This document shows, in pieces, positions 30,937 to 41,000 of a stretch of DNA of 64,000 bases (the stretch's first letter is position 1; each line of letters opens with the position of its first letter). The DNA is taken from contig JAXHNB010000005.1 in assembly GCA_034520945.1 (NCBI GenBank), forward strand, positions 608,001-672,000, read 5' to 3'. Below the pieces are notes generated by a model. That model made no database searches and had not been told where the DNA came from. It worked only from the letters and a program-made list of their open reading frames with translations. Both the position numbers and the translations under genes were made by a program. This stretch comes from Trueperaceae bacterium. GTDB taxonomy: Bacteria; Deinococcota; Deinococci; Deinococcales; Trueperaceae.

Positions 30937-32505
30937 ATGAAGAGAATCACACTCGCGTTGGCGGCCCTGTTGGTGTTCGGGTTCGCCGCTGCGCAAACCC
31001 TCGTGTACGGGCTGTCCGGGTTCCCCTCCAGCCTCGATTCGGTGGATTCCCAGGACGGCAACTCGCTGGTCGTCAGCGGCCAGATCACCGAGACGCTGAT
31101 CGGGTTCGCATCCGGGTCGACCGACCTCGAGCCGAAGCTGGCCACCTCGTGGTCCTCCAACGAGGACGGCAGCGTGTGGACGTTCGAACTGCGCGAAGGG
31201 GTGACCTTCCATGACGGCACGGCGTTCGACGCCGAGGCCGTGAAGTTCAACTTCGACCGCTGGAACCTCGTGGACCACGAGTACAGCCACCGCGACGAAG
31301 GCAAGACCTACGTGCCGTGGGGTTGGGTCTTCGGCGGCCCGCGCTCCGAAGGCGGCATTCTCGACGAGGTCGTGGTCGTGGATGATCACACGGTCGAGTT
31401 CCGCATGGCGCAGCCCACCCCGTTCCTCCCGGCGCAGCTGGCCGCGATCTACTTCCAGATCGATAGCCCGGCGGCCGTGAGAGAGCACGGCGCGGACTAC
31501 GGCACGCCCGGCGTCGGCAGCGTCGGCACCGGCCCGTTCGTGTTCGAGGAGTGGCGTGAAGGCGAGCAGGTTCGCCTGTCCCGCAACAACGAGTACTGGG
31601 GCGGCCCGGCCGAGCTCGAAGAGGTCGTGTTCCGCGGCATCAGCGAACCGACCGCCCGTCTGGCCGAACTGCAGGCCGGCGCGATCGACCTCGCCGTGCT
31701 GCTGTCCTCCGACGACCTGAACGCCGTTCAGAACGACGACTCGCTCGAGACCGCCATCGCGGACGCCGAGTTGAACGTCGGCTATCTGGCGTTCCACCAG
31801 TCCAACAGCCCCATGGACGACGTGCGGGTCCGGAAGGCCATCGCGCACGCCATCGACCGTGAAGCGATCGTGGATGCGTTCTACCAGGGTCTCGGCGTCG
31901 TCGCGGACGATCACCTGCCGCCCGCCCTGTTCGGGCACGGCGAGCCGTGGCCGTACGAGTACGACCCCGAGCGCGCCCAGGAACTCCTGGCCGAAGCGGG
32001 CTACCCCGACGGCTTCGAGACCGAGTTGTGGTACATGCCGGTGAGCCGGCCGTACTACCCCGCGCCGCAGCCGATCGCCGAGACGATGGCCTCCTACCTG
32101 GCCGACGTCGGCATCGACGCGCAGCCGATGACGGAGGACTGGACGACCTACCTGGCGGACTACAAAGAGGGAGAGTTCCCGATGTACATGCTGGGTTGGA
32201 ACGCCGACTACGCCGACCCGGACAACTTCCTGATGACCTTCTTCGGGCCGGCCGGCACGCAGGACCAGCTGGCGTGGAACGCGCCCGACGTCGTCGAGAT
32301 GCTGCAGTCGGCGCGGCAGACCGCCGATCACGAGGAGCGCGCGGACCTTTACGCCAGCGTGGTGAACCGCGTGGCGGAAGACGCCGCCTCGATCCCGATG
32401 GCGCACAACCGCTCGCTCAGTGCGCACCGTGACACCATCGACGGTTGGGTGCCGAGCCCGCTCGGCTACTCCTCCGTCTCGCTCCACTCCGTCACCAAGG
32501 AGTGA
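30937..32505 (+). CDS. Peptide ABC transporter substrate-binding protein (DppA-like)
   Basis: AGGAGG RBS; signal peptide ending AAA-Q; WTFELREGVTFHDGTAFDAEAVKFNFDR, GTGPF, MPVSRPYYP. Confidence 0.93.
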   Translation: MKRITLALAALLVFGFAAAQTLVYGLSGFPSSLDSVDSQDGNSLVVSGQITETLIGFASGSTDLEPKLATSWSSNEDGSVWTFELREGVTFHDGTAFDAEAVKFNFDRWNLVDHEYSHRDEGKTYVPWGWVFGGPRSEGGILDEVVVVDDHTVEFRMAQPTPFLPAQLAAIYFQIDSPAAVREHGADYGTPGVGSVGTGPFVFEEWREGEQVRLSRNNEYWGGPAELEEVVFRGISEPTARLAELQAGAIDLAVLLSSDDLNAVQNDDSLETAIADAELNVGYLAFHQSNSPMDDVRVRKAIAHAIDREAIVDAFYQGLGVVADDHLPPALFGHGEPWPYEYDPERAQELLAEAGYPDGFETELWYMPVSRPYYPAPQPIAETMASYLADVGIDAQPMTEDWTTYLADYKEGEFPMYMLGWNADYADPDNFLMTFFGPAGTQDQLAWNAPDVVEMLQSARQTADHEERADLYASVVNRVAEDAASIPMAHNRSLSAHRDTIDGWVPSPLGYSSVSLHSVTKE

Positions 32506-32511
32506 AGGCTT

Positions 32512-32537
32512 GGGAGGCGCGCTTCGGCGCGCCTCCC
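32512..32537 (+). terminator. Intercistronic perfect hairpin after the binding-protein gene
   Basis: GGGAGGCGCGC-TTCG-GCGCGCCTCCC, an 11 bp stem with cUUCGg loop. Confidence 0.7.
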
Positions 32538-32641
32538 TATCTGACGCACGCGTCGGACGTTCCGGGTTCGTTCGGCCTCTATTTGCGCGACCTGACACGC
32601 CGCCCCGTCCGTCCGGGGGTGGCCCCACCGGGAGGACGTAC

Positions 32642-33694
32642 GTGACGGCCTATTTTTTCCGCCGCCTGTTCGGGCTGATCCCCGTGCTGTTCGGCGTATC
32701 GCTGCTCCTGTTCGCGATCACCCGCTTCATTCCCGGCGACCCGGCCGTGGCCCTCCTCGGGCAACGCGCCAGCCCGGAGGCCCTGCAGCAACTCCGGCAG
32801 GACCTCGGGCTGAACCAGCCGATGTTGTTCAACCTCGAGCGGGCACGCGAGGAGGGCATCGGCGGGTTGTTCGATTCGCAGTACTTCTTGTACATGGGCC
32901 GGCTTCTGCAAGGGGATCTGGGACGCTCGGTGTTCAGCCGCATCCCCGTCGCGCAGAGCCTCTCCGTACGGTTTCCCGCCACGATCGAGTTGACGCTGTT
33001 CGCGATGGGGTTCGCGATCCTGGTGGGCGTGCCGGCCGGGGTGTGGGCAGCGTTGCACCGCGGCAAGGTGCAGGACACCATCGTGATGACCATCGCGCTG
33101 TCCGGCGTGTCGTTCCCGGTGTTCTGGTTGGCGATCATCCTGATCTACCTGTTCGCCGTGGTGCTGGGCTGGTTGCCGCCCTCGGGGCGATTATCGGTCG
33201 GAACCGATTTGGATCCCGTGACCGGCTTGTACGTGCTGGACTCGATCTTGCGCGGCAACTGGCCTGCGCTGCGTGACGCGGCGCGCCACCTGCTGTTGCC
33301 CGCCGTGGCGCTGGGGACGATTCCGCTGGCGATCACGGTGCGCATGACCCGATCCTCCATGCTGGAGGTGCTCAGCCAGGACTACGTCCGTACCGCCCGC
33401 AGCAAGGGCGTCGCCGAACGCTCCGTCGTGAACAAGCACGCGCTCCGCAACGCGCTGCTGCCGGTCGTGACGGTGATCGGGCTGTCGTTCGGCACGCTGC
33501 TCTCGGGCGCCATCCTGACCGAGACGGTGTTCAGCTGGCCCGGCATCGGCCGCTGGGTGTACGACGCCATCTCGGCGCGGGATTACCCGATCATTCAGGG
33601 CGGGATCCTGTTCATCGCCTTCGTCTTCGTCATCGTGAACCTGTTGGTCGATCTGTCGTACGCCCTGATCGATCCGCGGATCCAGTACAGCTAG
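32642..33694 (+). CDS. Peptide ABC transporter permease (DppB-like)
   Basis: IPGDPA, GDLGRS, RMTRSSMLEVL.QDYVRTARSKG, ETVFSWPGIG, DPRI. Confidence 0.95.
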   Translation: MTAYFFRRLFGLIPVLFGVSLLLFAITRFIPGDPAVALLGQRASPEALQQLRQDLGLNQPMLFNLERAREEGIGGLFDSQYFLYMGRLLQGDLGRSVFSRIPVAQSLSVRFPATIELTLFAMGFAILVGVPAGVWAALHRGKVQDTIVMTIALSGVSFPVFWLAIILIYLFAVVLGWLPPSGRLSVGTDLDPVTGLYVLDSILRGNWPALRDAARHLLLPAVALGTIPLAITVRMTRSSMLEVLSQDYVRTARSKGVAERSVVNKHALRNALLPVVTVIGLSFGTLLSGAILTETVFSWPGIGRWVYDAISARDYPIIQGGILFIAFVFVIVNLLVDLSYALIDPRIQYS

Positions 33695-33702
33695 GGGAAC
33701 GC

Positions 33703-34596
33703 ATGTCGAGCGACAGCGGATACAACGAGGCACAGGCCGCGATGGGGCCCGCCAAGTCGTCCCTGGCGGACGGGCTGCGGCAGTTCTTTCGCCACACCAC
33801 CGGCGTTGCTGGCCTGGCCATCATCACCTTCTTCATCGTGGCGTCCCTGGTCGCGCCCATCCTGGCGCCCTACGACGCCTCGCGCGACCGGGACCTTCGC
33901 GCGCGCCTGTCACCGCCGTCCGCCGAGCACATCTTCGGCACCGACGAGCTGGGGCGCGACCTGTTCGTGCGCGTGTGGCACGGCGGGCGCATCAGCCTGC
34001 GCGTCGGCCTGGCCGCTGTGGCGCTGGCCGTGACCGCGGGGACGCTGCTGGGGTTGCTGGCCGGCTACGTCGGCGGGTGGGTGGACACCCTGGTGGTGTG
34101 GTCGATCGACATCCTGCTGGCGTTCCCCGGCATCCTGTTGGCGATCGCCATCGTGGCCACGCTCGGTCCCAGCCTCACCAATGCGCTCATCGCGATCAGC
34201 ATCACGCAGATCCCCATCTACACGCGCATCGTGCGCTCGGTGGTGTTGTCGCTCCGGGAGTCGGAGTACGTCTCGGCGGCCACGGCGCTCGGATCGGGCG
34301 GGTTCCGCGTGGTGTTCCGCCACATCCTGCCCAACTCGCTGAGCCCCCTGATCGTGCAACTCACGCTGTCCATCGGGGTGGCCATCCTGGACGTGGCGGC
34401 GCTCGGGTTCCTCGGGCTGGGTGCGCAACCGCCCGCGCCGGAGTGGGGCCTGATGATCCGCGACGGCTTCTCGCAGTTCCTGCGTGCGCCCTGGATGTCG
34501 ATCTTCCCCGGCATCGCGATCTTCTTTTCGGTGGTGGGCTTCAACCTGTTGGGCGACGCGGTACGCGACGTGCTGGACCCACGCCTGTCCGAGTAG
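33703..34596 (+). CDS. Peptide ABC transporter permease (DppC-like)
   Basis: HIFGTDELGRD, RHILPNSLSP, LGFLGLGAQPPAPEWG, FNLLGDAVRDVLDPR. Confidence 0.95.
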   Translation: MSSDSGYNEAQAAMGPAKSSLADGLRQFFRHTTGVAGLAIITFFIVASLVAPILAPYDASRDRDLRARLSPPSAEHIFGTDELGRDLFVRVWHGGRISLRVGLAAVALAVTAGTLLGLLAGYVGGWVDTLVVWSIDILLAFPGILLAIAIVATLGPSLTNALIAISITQIPIYTRIVRSVVLSLRESEYVSAATALGSGGFRVVFRHILPNSLSPLIVQLTLSIGVAILDVAALGFLGLGAQPPAPEWGLMIRDGFSQFLRAPWMSIFPGIAIFFSVVGFNLLGDAVRDVLDPRLSE

Positions 34597-34608
34597 GGAC
34601 GGCCGGCC

Positions 34609-35256
34609 TCAGCGATCGCTCCTTGGAGGGCCCGCGCCGTCACGGCGCGGGCCCTCGTCGGGGCCGGGGCCGTCCAGCCGCTCCGCCGCCTCCTCGCCCG
34701 CCCAGCGCACCAGCAGGCGACGCAGGGTGGGCCGCATCCGGTTCACGGCCCACAGGGCCGGGGCGACGAACAGCGCGACCAGAAGCAGCGCCAGGTCGTT
34801 GACCAGCAGCACGTCGCCGAACCAGGACGCCGCCAGCAGCCACGGCAGGCGCGCCACCATGGCGGTAGCCCACAACGCCCGCGTCGACAACGTCGACATG
34901 CCCGACGCCATCACCACCAGGTCGAGGTTGAGGAACAAAAACACCACGAACCACATCAGCAGCGAGCGGATGCCCAGCAGGACCTCCCACTCGTGCCAGG
35001 TGTCCGCCGGCACCAGCCGTTTCACCACCGGCATGCCGATGTTTCGCGCCAGGCCCAAAGCGACGGCTGCCCCCACGCCCATGCCGACCAGACCGTACAC
35101 GACCGCGGGGACGACCCCGAACGCCGAACCGCCCAACGCCGCGACCAGCGGCGTGGGGATGATGGGCAGCAGCGCGGCCAGCACGAACCCGGCCATGTAC
35201 CACAGCGGCGCCAGCCACCCCTGCGCGGTGATGAGCACGCTCAGGCTCTCGACCAT
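34609..35256 (-). CDS. TVP38/VTT (DedA-superfamily) membrane protein
   Basis: Hydrophobic; LLPIIPTP..AALGG.AFG pattern; TACGCT -10 lies 7 nt before ATG. Confidence 0.75.
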   Translation of the reverse strand: MVESLSVLITAQGWLAPLWYMAGFVLAALLPIIPTPLVAALGGSAFGVVPAVVYGLVGMGVGAAVALGLARNIGMPVVKRLVPADTWHEWEVLLGIRSLLMWFVVFLFLNLDLVVMASGMSTLSTRALWATAMVARLPWLLAASWFGDVLLVNDLALLLVALFVAPALWAVNRMRPTLRRLLVRWAGEEAAERLDGPGPDEGPRRDGAGPPRSDR

Positions 35257-35348
35257 GCGGCCAAGCGTACCCCCCAGGGGTGACGCACGCGCGTGACCGC
35301 CCGGCGCTCGTCGAACCCGTGTGCGCACCCGCGGGTATGCTGGCCGCC

Positions 35349-36314
35349 ATGGACGCCCCCCTGTTCCTGGTGCCCGAGTTGGTGCGGCGCTTGTGGGGCG
35401 GCGACACGCTGCCGGCGCTGCTGGGCGTGACGCCGCCGCCCGGGGACGAGCCGGTCGCCGAAGCGTGGTTGGCGTACGCCGGCAGCGTGGTGGCAGGCGG
35501 GCCGCACGCCGGCGACACGTTGCAGGCGCTGGCCGAGGCGCATGGCGCGCAGCTGTTGGGCGCCGCCGCGGTGGCGCGCAGCGGGGCGCGGGTGCCGTTG
35601 CTGGCCAAGCTGCTGGACGCCGGGCTGGAACTGTCGGTGCAGGTTCACCCGGGCGACGCGTACGCGCTACGGCACCACCGTGAGAGCGGCCATGTCGGCA
35701 AGACCGAGTCATGGCTGGTGCTGCACGCCGAGCCGGACGCGGAGATCGTGTGGGGCCTGGCGCGTCCCGCCGGCGTGGAGGAGGTGCGCGCCGCGATTCG
35801 CGACGGCACGCTCGACGAGCTGCTGCGCCGGGTGCCGGTCCGCCCCGGCGACGCGGTGCACAATCCCGCCGGCACCGTGCACGCCGTCGGGGCGGGGTCG
35901 ATGATCTACGAGCTGCAGCAGGCCTCGGACCTCACCTACCGGTTGTGGGATCACGGCCGGGTGGGCGCCGACGGCCGCCCGCGCGAGCTGCACCTGGCGC
36001 ACGGCCTGGCGGTGGCGGACCTGTCCGCCGGCGGCTCGCCTCACCCCTCGCCCGCGTACCGGCCGGACGGCTGGATCACGCGTGCGACCTGCCCGTACTA
36101 CCGGCTGGACGAAACGCATGTGCGCAGCCGCTTGGCGGCCGAAACCGACGGCGAGGCGATGCACGTCCTCACGGTGCTGGACGGCACACCGGTGCTGGCG
36201 TGGAGCGGCGGGCGGGCGACGCTGTCCGCCGGACGGACCGCGGTGCTGCCGGCGGCGTTGGGCGCGTACGCCCTCGAAGGCAGCGGACACGTCGTGCGGG
36301 GGGTACCGCGGTAG
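35349..36314 (+). CDS. manA: Type I mannose-6-phosphate isomerase
   Basis: LWGG, AEAW, PLLAKLLDA...LSVQVHP.D.YA, GKTESW, PAGTVHA, ELQQASDLTYRLWD. Confidence 0.9.
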   Translation: MDAPLFLVPELVRRLWGGDTLPALLGVTPPPGDEPVAEAWLAYAGSVVAGGPHAGDTLQALAEAHGAQLLGAAAVARSGARVPLLAKLLDAGLELSVQVHPGDAYALRHHRESGHVGKTESWLVLHAEPDAEIVWGLARPAGVEEVRAAIRDGTLDELLRRVPVRPGDAVHNPAGTVHAVGAGSMIYELQQASDLTYRLWDHGRVGADGRPRELHLAHGLAVADLSAGGSPHPSPAYRPDGWITRATCPYYRLDETHVRSRLAAETDGEAMHVLTVLDGTPVLAWSGGRATLSAGRTAVLPAALGAYALEGSGHVVRGVPR

Positions 36315-36324
36315 CCTGGGCGGC

Positions 36325-38142
36325 GTGACGCGTCAGGAACGACCCCCCAACGCCGAGCCGGGCGCCGAGGCGGGCACGGGCGGCGCGCGCCCCGAGGTGG
36401 CGTTGGCGGCGCTGTGGCGGCTGATGCGGCCGTACCGCCGGCGCTTGGCGGGGTTGGCGCTGCTGATCGCCGTGTCCTCCGGCGTGACGCAATTGGCGCC
36501 GCAGTTCGTGCGGTACGTGTTCGACGTGGTGATCCCGCGCGGCGAAGCGCGGCTGTTCCTGCTGACCGGCGCGGCGATGGCGGTGTTCTACGTCGTTTCG
36601 GAGGGGCTGAAGTACGCCGGCATGCTGCTCAGCTTCGCGTTCACGCAACGCATCGTGAACGAGACCCGCCGCGCGGCGTACGGGCGCCTGTTGGCGCTGC
36701 CGTTGTCGCGCTTCACGCGGGAGCGGTCCGGCAGCCTGGTGTCGCGGGTGGTGAACGACGTCAACGCGCTCGAGGCCATGATCCAGGCCGGCGCCAGCCG
36801 CATCATCGGGCACGCCTTCTCGATCCTGGTGGTGCTGGTGATCTTGTTCGTGATGGACTGGCGCCTGGCGCTGGTGTCGGTGGTCATCGTGGCGCTGATG
36901 GGCTACTTCACGGTGCGGTTCCAGGAGCCGCTGCGCCGCCTGGCGCGGCGGATCCGCGGCCGGGTGGGCGAGATGAGCGCTGTCGCCAGCGAGGCGGTGC
37001 AGAACGTGGCGGTCGTGAAGTCGTTCGGTGCCGAGGCGCCCGAGTTCGAACGGTTCCGGGTCGAGTCCGACGCCTACCGGGACCTGAACCTGGCACGCCG
37101 CCGCGAGGTGGGCCTGATGCAGGGCGCGATCGGCCTCAGCAGCGAACTGGGCGTGGCGGCGATGGTGCTGGCCGGCGGCTGGCTGATCGTGCAGAGCGCC
37201 GACGGGTCGGGCGGCCTGACGCTGGGGACGCTGACGGCGTTCGTGCTGTACCTGAACAACCTGATCAACCCCGTGCGCTTCCTGCTGAACTTCAACAACC
37301 AGTTGCAGGCCGGCGTGGCGGCGCTGGAACGGATCGACGCGCTGCTGGCGGAGACGCCGGAACCGTACACGCGCGGGGAGGCGTTCACGCCCGGCGACGT
37401 GACGTTTCGCGGCGTGACGTTCCGCTACCCAGGCACCGAGCAGGCGGCGCTACAGGGGCTGGACCTGCACGTGCAGCGCGGCAGCACCGCGGCGTTGGTG
37501 GGGCCGTCCGGGGCGGGGAAGAGCACCGTGACGCGGCTGCTGTCGCGCCTGTACGAGCCGCAGGACGGCCAGATCCTGGTGGGGGACCGCCCGCTCCAGG
37601 ACACGTCGCTGGCGTCGGTGCGGCGGGCGGTGGCGGTGGTGCCGCAGGAACCGACTTTGTTTTCCGGCACGGTGGCCGAGAACGTCCGGTACGGGCGGCC
37701 GGAGGCGACGCGGGCGGAGATCGAGGACGCCACGCGGCTGGCCAACGCCGAGGCGTTCGTGCGCGGCCTGCCCCGCGGGTTCGACACCGAGATCGGCGAG
37801 CGGGGCGTCAAGCTTTCGGGTGGGCAGAAGCAGCGCATCGCGATCGCCCGGGCGTTGCTGAAGGGCGCCGAGATCCTGGTGCTGGACGAGGCGACCAGCA
37901 GCCTGGACAGCGAGTCGGAGGCGTTGATTCAGGACGCCTTGGACGGCGTGCTGGGCCGACGCGAGGCGCTCACCACCCTGGTGATCGCGCATCGCCTGTC
38001 GACGGTGCAGCACGCCGACCGCATCCACGTGCTGGAGGGCGGTCGGATGGTCGAGGCGGGGACCCACCACGAGCTGTTGGCACGGGGCGGGCTGTACGCG
38101 CACCTGCACGCGCTGCAGGCCGGCCAGAAGGAGGTGGCGTGA
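36325..38142 (+). CDS. ABC exporter, fused permease/ATP-binding (MsbA/MdlB-like)
   Basis: Six-TM region followed by GPSGAGKST, GERGVKLSGGQKQRIAIARA, DEATSSLD, IAHRLST. Confidence 0.93.
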   Translation: MTRQERPPNAEPGAEAGTGGARPEVALAALWRLMRPYRRRLAGLALLIAVSSGVTQLAPQFVRYVFDVVIPRGEARLFLLTGAAMAVFYVVSEGLKYAGMLLSFAFTQRIVNETRRAAYGRLLALPLSRFTRERSGSLVSRVVNDVNALEAMIQAGASRIIGHAFSILVVLVILFVMDWRLALVSVVIVALMGYFTVRFQEPLRRLARRIRGRVGEMSAVASEAVQNVAVVKSFGAEAPEFERFRVESDAYRDLNLARRREVGLMQGAIGLSSELGVAAMVLAGGWLIVQSADGSGGLTLGTLTAFVLYLNNLINPVRFLLNFNNQLQAGVAALERIDALLAETPEPYTRGEAFTPGDVTFRGVTFRYPGTEQAALQGLDLHVQRGSTAALVGPSGAGKSTVTRLLSRLYEPQDGQILVGDRPLQDTSLASVRRAVAVVPQEPTLFSGTVAENVRYGRPEATRAEIEDATRLANAEAFVRGLPRGFDTEIGERGVKLSGGQKQRIAIARALLKGAEILVLDEATSSLDSESEALIQDALDGVLGRREALTTLVIAHRLSTVQHADRIHVLEGGRMVEAGTHHELLARGGLYAHLHALQAGQKEVA

Positions 38143-38957
38143 GCAGGCGCCGCCGGACCGGCACGTCGTCGCGGCGGCGCGCGTCTCGCGCCAAGGGCCG
38201 CCCCGCTTGGCGCACGCCGCTGCGGACGGCGGCCCTGGTGGCGTTGGCGTTCGGGGCGGGGTGGTTGACCCACGTGGCGTGGCCGGCGCCGTTGCGCCCC
38301 TCGGCGGACGCGGCGGTGGAGGGGGTGGCGCCGGTCTCGGTCCGGATCGACCGCTTCGACCAGGCGGGCGGCGGGATCGAGGTGGCGCCGGCGGATGGGG
38401 GCGCGGACACGCTGTTGGTCGTGTACACCGGCGCGCGGGTGCGGCCGCACGCCTACACCTGGATCGGGGCGGCCCTGGCGCCGGTGGGGGTGCGTACGCT
38501 GATCCCGACCTTTCCGTTGGACCTGGCGGTGTTGGACCGGGACCGAGCGGCGACGCTGGTGCGGCGCATGGGGCAGGACGAAGCGCGCGTGATGCTGGCG
38601 GGGCACTCGCTGGGGGGTGCCATGGCGGCGGCGCACCTGGAGGCCGCGCCGGACACGGCCGACGCGCTGGTGTTGATGGGCGCCTATCCCGGCCGGGGCG
38701 TGGACCTGTCGACGCGGGACCTGCCGGTGCTGGCGCTGGCGGCCGAGCGGGACGGGCTGGCGACGCTGCAGGAGGTGCAAGGCGGCATGGCGCGGCTGCC
38801 GGATCGCGCCGGCATCGAGGTCATCGACGGTGCGGTGCACGCCTTCTTCGGCCGGTACGGCATGCAGCGGGGGGACGGTACCCCCACCGTGCCGCGGGCG
38901 GTGGCGGAGGCCGAGATCGCCGGCGCGCTGGAGGCCTTCGTCGGCGGGATGCGCTGA
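38139..38957 (+). CDS. Membrane-anchored alpha/beta hydrolase
   Basis: GHSLGGAMA nucleophile elbow, AERDGLAT, GAVHAFFGRYG.Q.GDG. Confidence 0.85.
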   Translation: MSRRRRTGTSSRRRASRAKGRPAWRTPLRTAALVALAFGAGWLTHVAWPAPLRPSADAAVEGVAPVSVRIDRFDQAGGGIEVAPADGGADTLLVVYTGARVRPHAYTWIGAALAPVGVRTLIPTFPLDLAVLDRDRAATLVRRMGQDEARVMLAGHSLGGAMAAAHLEAAPDTADALVLMGAYPGRGVDLSTRDLPVLALAAERDGLATLQEVQGGMARLPDRAGIEVIDGAVHAFFGRYGMQRGDGTPTVPRAVAEAEIAGALEAFVGGMR

Positions 38958-38987
38958 GCGCCGCCCGCGGCACGCGGTGGCGCGGCG

Positions 38988-39641
38988 TCAGCCGTCCGGC
39001 AGGTACTTGGCCCAGATCGGGTCCACCTGCTGGATCAGGCCGTAGGCGCTGCTGAACACGAAGCGGGGCGCGGCCGGGCGCCTCGCCAGCGTCATGCCGG
39101 CCTCTTCGGGGGTGCGGTCGCGCTTGCGGGCGTTGCAGCCGCGGCAACAGGCCACCACGTTCTCCCAGGCGGTGGCCCCTCCGCGGCTGCGGGGCACCAC
39201 GTGGTCCAGGGTGAGGTCGCTGGCGTGGCGGCCGCAGTACTGGCAGCGGTGGTCGTCGCGGCGGAACAGGTTGCGGCGGTTGAACGCCACCTTCTGGTGG
39301 TGGGGCCGTCGCACGTAGCGGCGCAGCCGCACCACGCTCGGCACCGGCACGGCGCGGCTGGGGGTGCGCAGGACCGACGAGGCGTCCTCCACCCGCGTGG
39401 CCACCTCCATCATCAGCAGCTGCACCGCGCGCTTGACGGAACAGACGTGCAACGGTTCGAAGCTGGCGTTCAGGATCAGGACCCGGGCCGAGGTGGGGTC
39501 GGTGAGGGGCTCGAGGCCCAACAGGTCCGCCAGTTCGGCCTCCTCGTTGACGCCGTCCTGGCTTGGTTCTGCCTGGCTCGGATCGGCCGGGGTCGGGCCG
39601 GGTCCAGGGTCGTCCTTGCGCGTGTCCGGGGCCGCGCCCAC
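38988..39641 (-). CDS. HNH endonuclease family protein
   Basis: VLILNASFEPL, RRNLFRRD...CQYCG...LTLDHVVPRSRGG..WENVVACC..CN..K. Confidence 0.92.
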   Translation of the reverse strand: MGAAPDTRKDDPGPGPTPADPSQAEPSQDGVNEEAELADLLGLEPLTDPTSARVLILNASFEPLHVCSVKRAVQLLMMEVATRVEDASSVLRTPSRAVPVPSVVRLRRYVRRPHHQKVAFNRRNLFRRDDHRCQYCGRHASDLTLDHVVPRSRGGATAWENVVACCRGCNARKRDRTPEEAGMTLARRPAAPRFVFSSAYGLIQQVDPIWAKYLPDG

Positions 39642-39699
39642 CTCCTTTCGCCAGCGTTCGGCCCTTAGCGTACCGAACCGGTCGGACGGGCGGAAGGCC

Positions 39700-40767
39700 T
39701 CAGGCGTCCACGGTGCGCGCGGAGGCCGCGGCGTGCCGCGCGCGGGCCAGCGCGATCAGCTGCACGATCAGGTCCGGGTAGGACAGGCCGGCGGCCTGGA
39801 ACAGCTTGGGGTACATCGAGTGGCGCGTGAAGCCGGGCATGGTGTTGATTTCGTTGACGAGCACCTCGCCGTCGGGGCGGAGGAAGAAGTCGACCCGCGC
39901 CAACCCTGCGGCGCCGACCAACCTGAACGCCTGCACTGCCCATGCCTGCACGGCGTTGGCGGTGGCGGGGTCCAGCGGGGCGGGCACCCGCAGCTCCGTC
40001 GCGCCGTCCTGGTACTTGTGCGCGTAGTCGTAGAAGGCGCCCTTGGGCACGCGGATCTCGCCGGGCGGGCTGGCCTGGGGCGCCTCGTTGCCGAGCACGG
40101 CCACCTCCAACTCCCGGCCGTCCGTAACGCCGGCCTCGACGATGGCGCGGTCGTCCCAGCGGAACGCCTCGTGCAACGCGTCCGCCTGTCCGGCGGTGTC
40201 GTCGGCTCGGCCGATGCCGACCGAGGAGCCCAGGGCGGCGGGCTTGACGAAGCGTGGCCAGGGGAGGTGCGCCAGGGCGGGGCTGGCGGCGTCCGGGTCG
40301 TCGCGCCAGTCTGCGCGGTGGACCTCCGCCCAGGCGACCTGCGGCACGCCGGCGCTGGCGAAGATGCGCTTCATGGTGGGTTTGTCCATGCCGGCGGCGC
40401 TGCCCAGCACGCCGGAGCCGACGAAGGGGACGTCCAGGACGCTCAGGAGTCCCTGGATGGTGCCGTCCTCGCCGTTGGGGCCGTGGAGGAGGGGGAAGAC
40501 GACGTCCACCTCGCCGTCCGCCAGTGACGCCAGGCCGCGGACCGGGTCGGGGGCGGCGTCGGGATCGGGCGCGTCGCTGCGTCCGGCCTGCAGGGCGTGG
40601 CGGCTGGCCGCTTCGCTCAGCAGGCGCCCGTCGCGGGCGATGACGCGGGGGAGGAGGTCGAGGCGGTCCTCCGCCGCGGCCAGCACGCTGGCGGCGGAGG
40701 CGAGGGACACCTCGTGCTCGCCGGAGCGGCCGCCGCACAACAGCAGGACCCGGCCGCCTGCGCTCAT
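39700..40767 (-). CDS. ddl: D-alanine--D-alanine ligase
   Basis: GGRSGEHEVSL.SA, LHGPNGEDGTIQG, GSSVGI, FYDYAHKY, NEINTMPGFT..SMYP. Confidence 0.96.
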   Translation of the reverse strand: MSAGGRVLLLCGGRSGEHEVSLASAASVLAAAEDRLDLLPRVIARDGRLLSEAASRHALQAGRSDAPDPDAAPDPVRGLASLADGEVDVVFPLLHGPNGEDGTIQGLLSVLDVPFVGSGVLGSAAGMDKPTMKRIFASAGVPQVAWAEVHRADWRDDPDAASPALAHLPWPRFVKPAALGSSVGIGRADDTAGQADALHEAFRWDDRAIVEAGVTDGRELEVAVLGNEAPQASPPGEIRVPKGAFYDYAHKYQDGATELRVPAPLDPATANAVQAWAVQAFRLVGAAGLARVDFFLRPDGEVLVNEINTMPGFTRHSMYPKLFQAAGLSYPDLIVQLIALARARHAAASARTVDA

Positions 40768-41000
40768 CGCCGCGCGCGTCCCACGGCCCACCAGCGCGTG
40801 CGTACGGTGTGTAGGCTACACATGATGCGTCATGCTACGCCGGGGCCCGACCGGCGTCAAGCGCACGCATGCTAGCGTGGCGCTGTCTGCACGATAGAGA
40901 ACGCTCGAGGCCGCCTCGTCGTCGTACGCTCAAGCCGTCCGTCTTGCGGCAGCTACGCGGCTGCTCGCTCGCCCCCCGCCCCCGAATTCGAGGAGGACCC

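Noticed and set aside
38988..39641. HNH nuclease as a defence, mobile or CIS effector gene
   Set aside because: Stand-alone member of a widespread family, in housekeeping context next to ddl, with no methylase, repeats or immunity gene.
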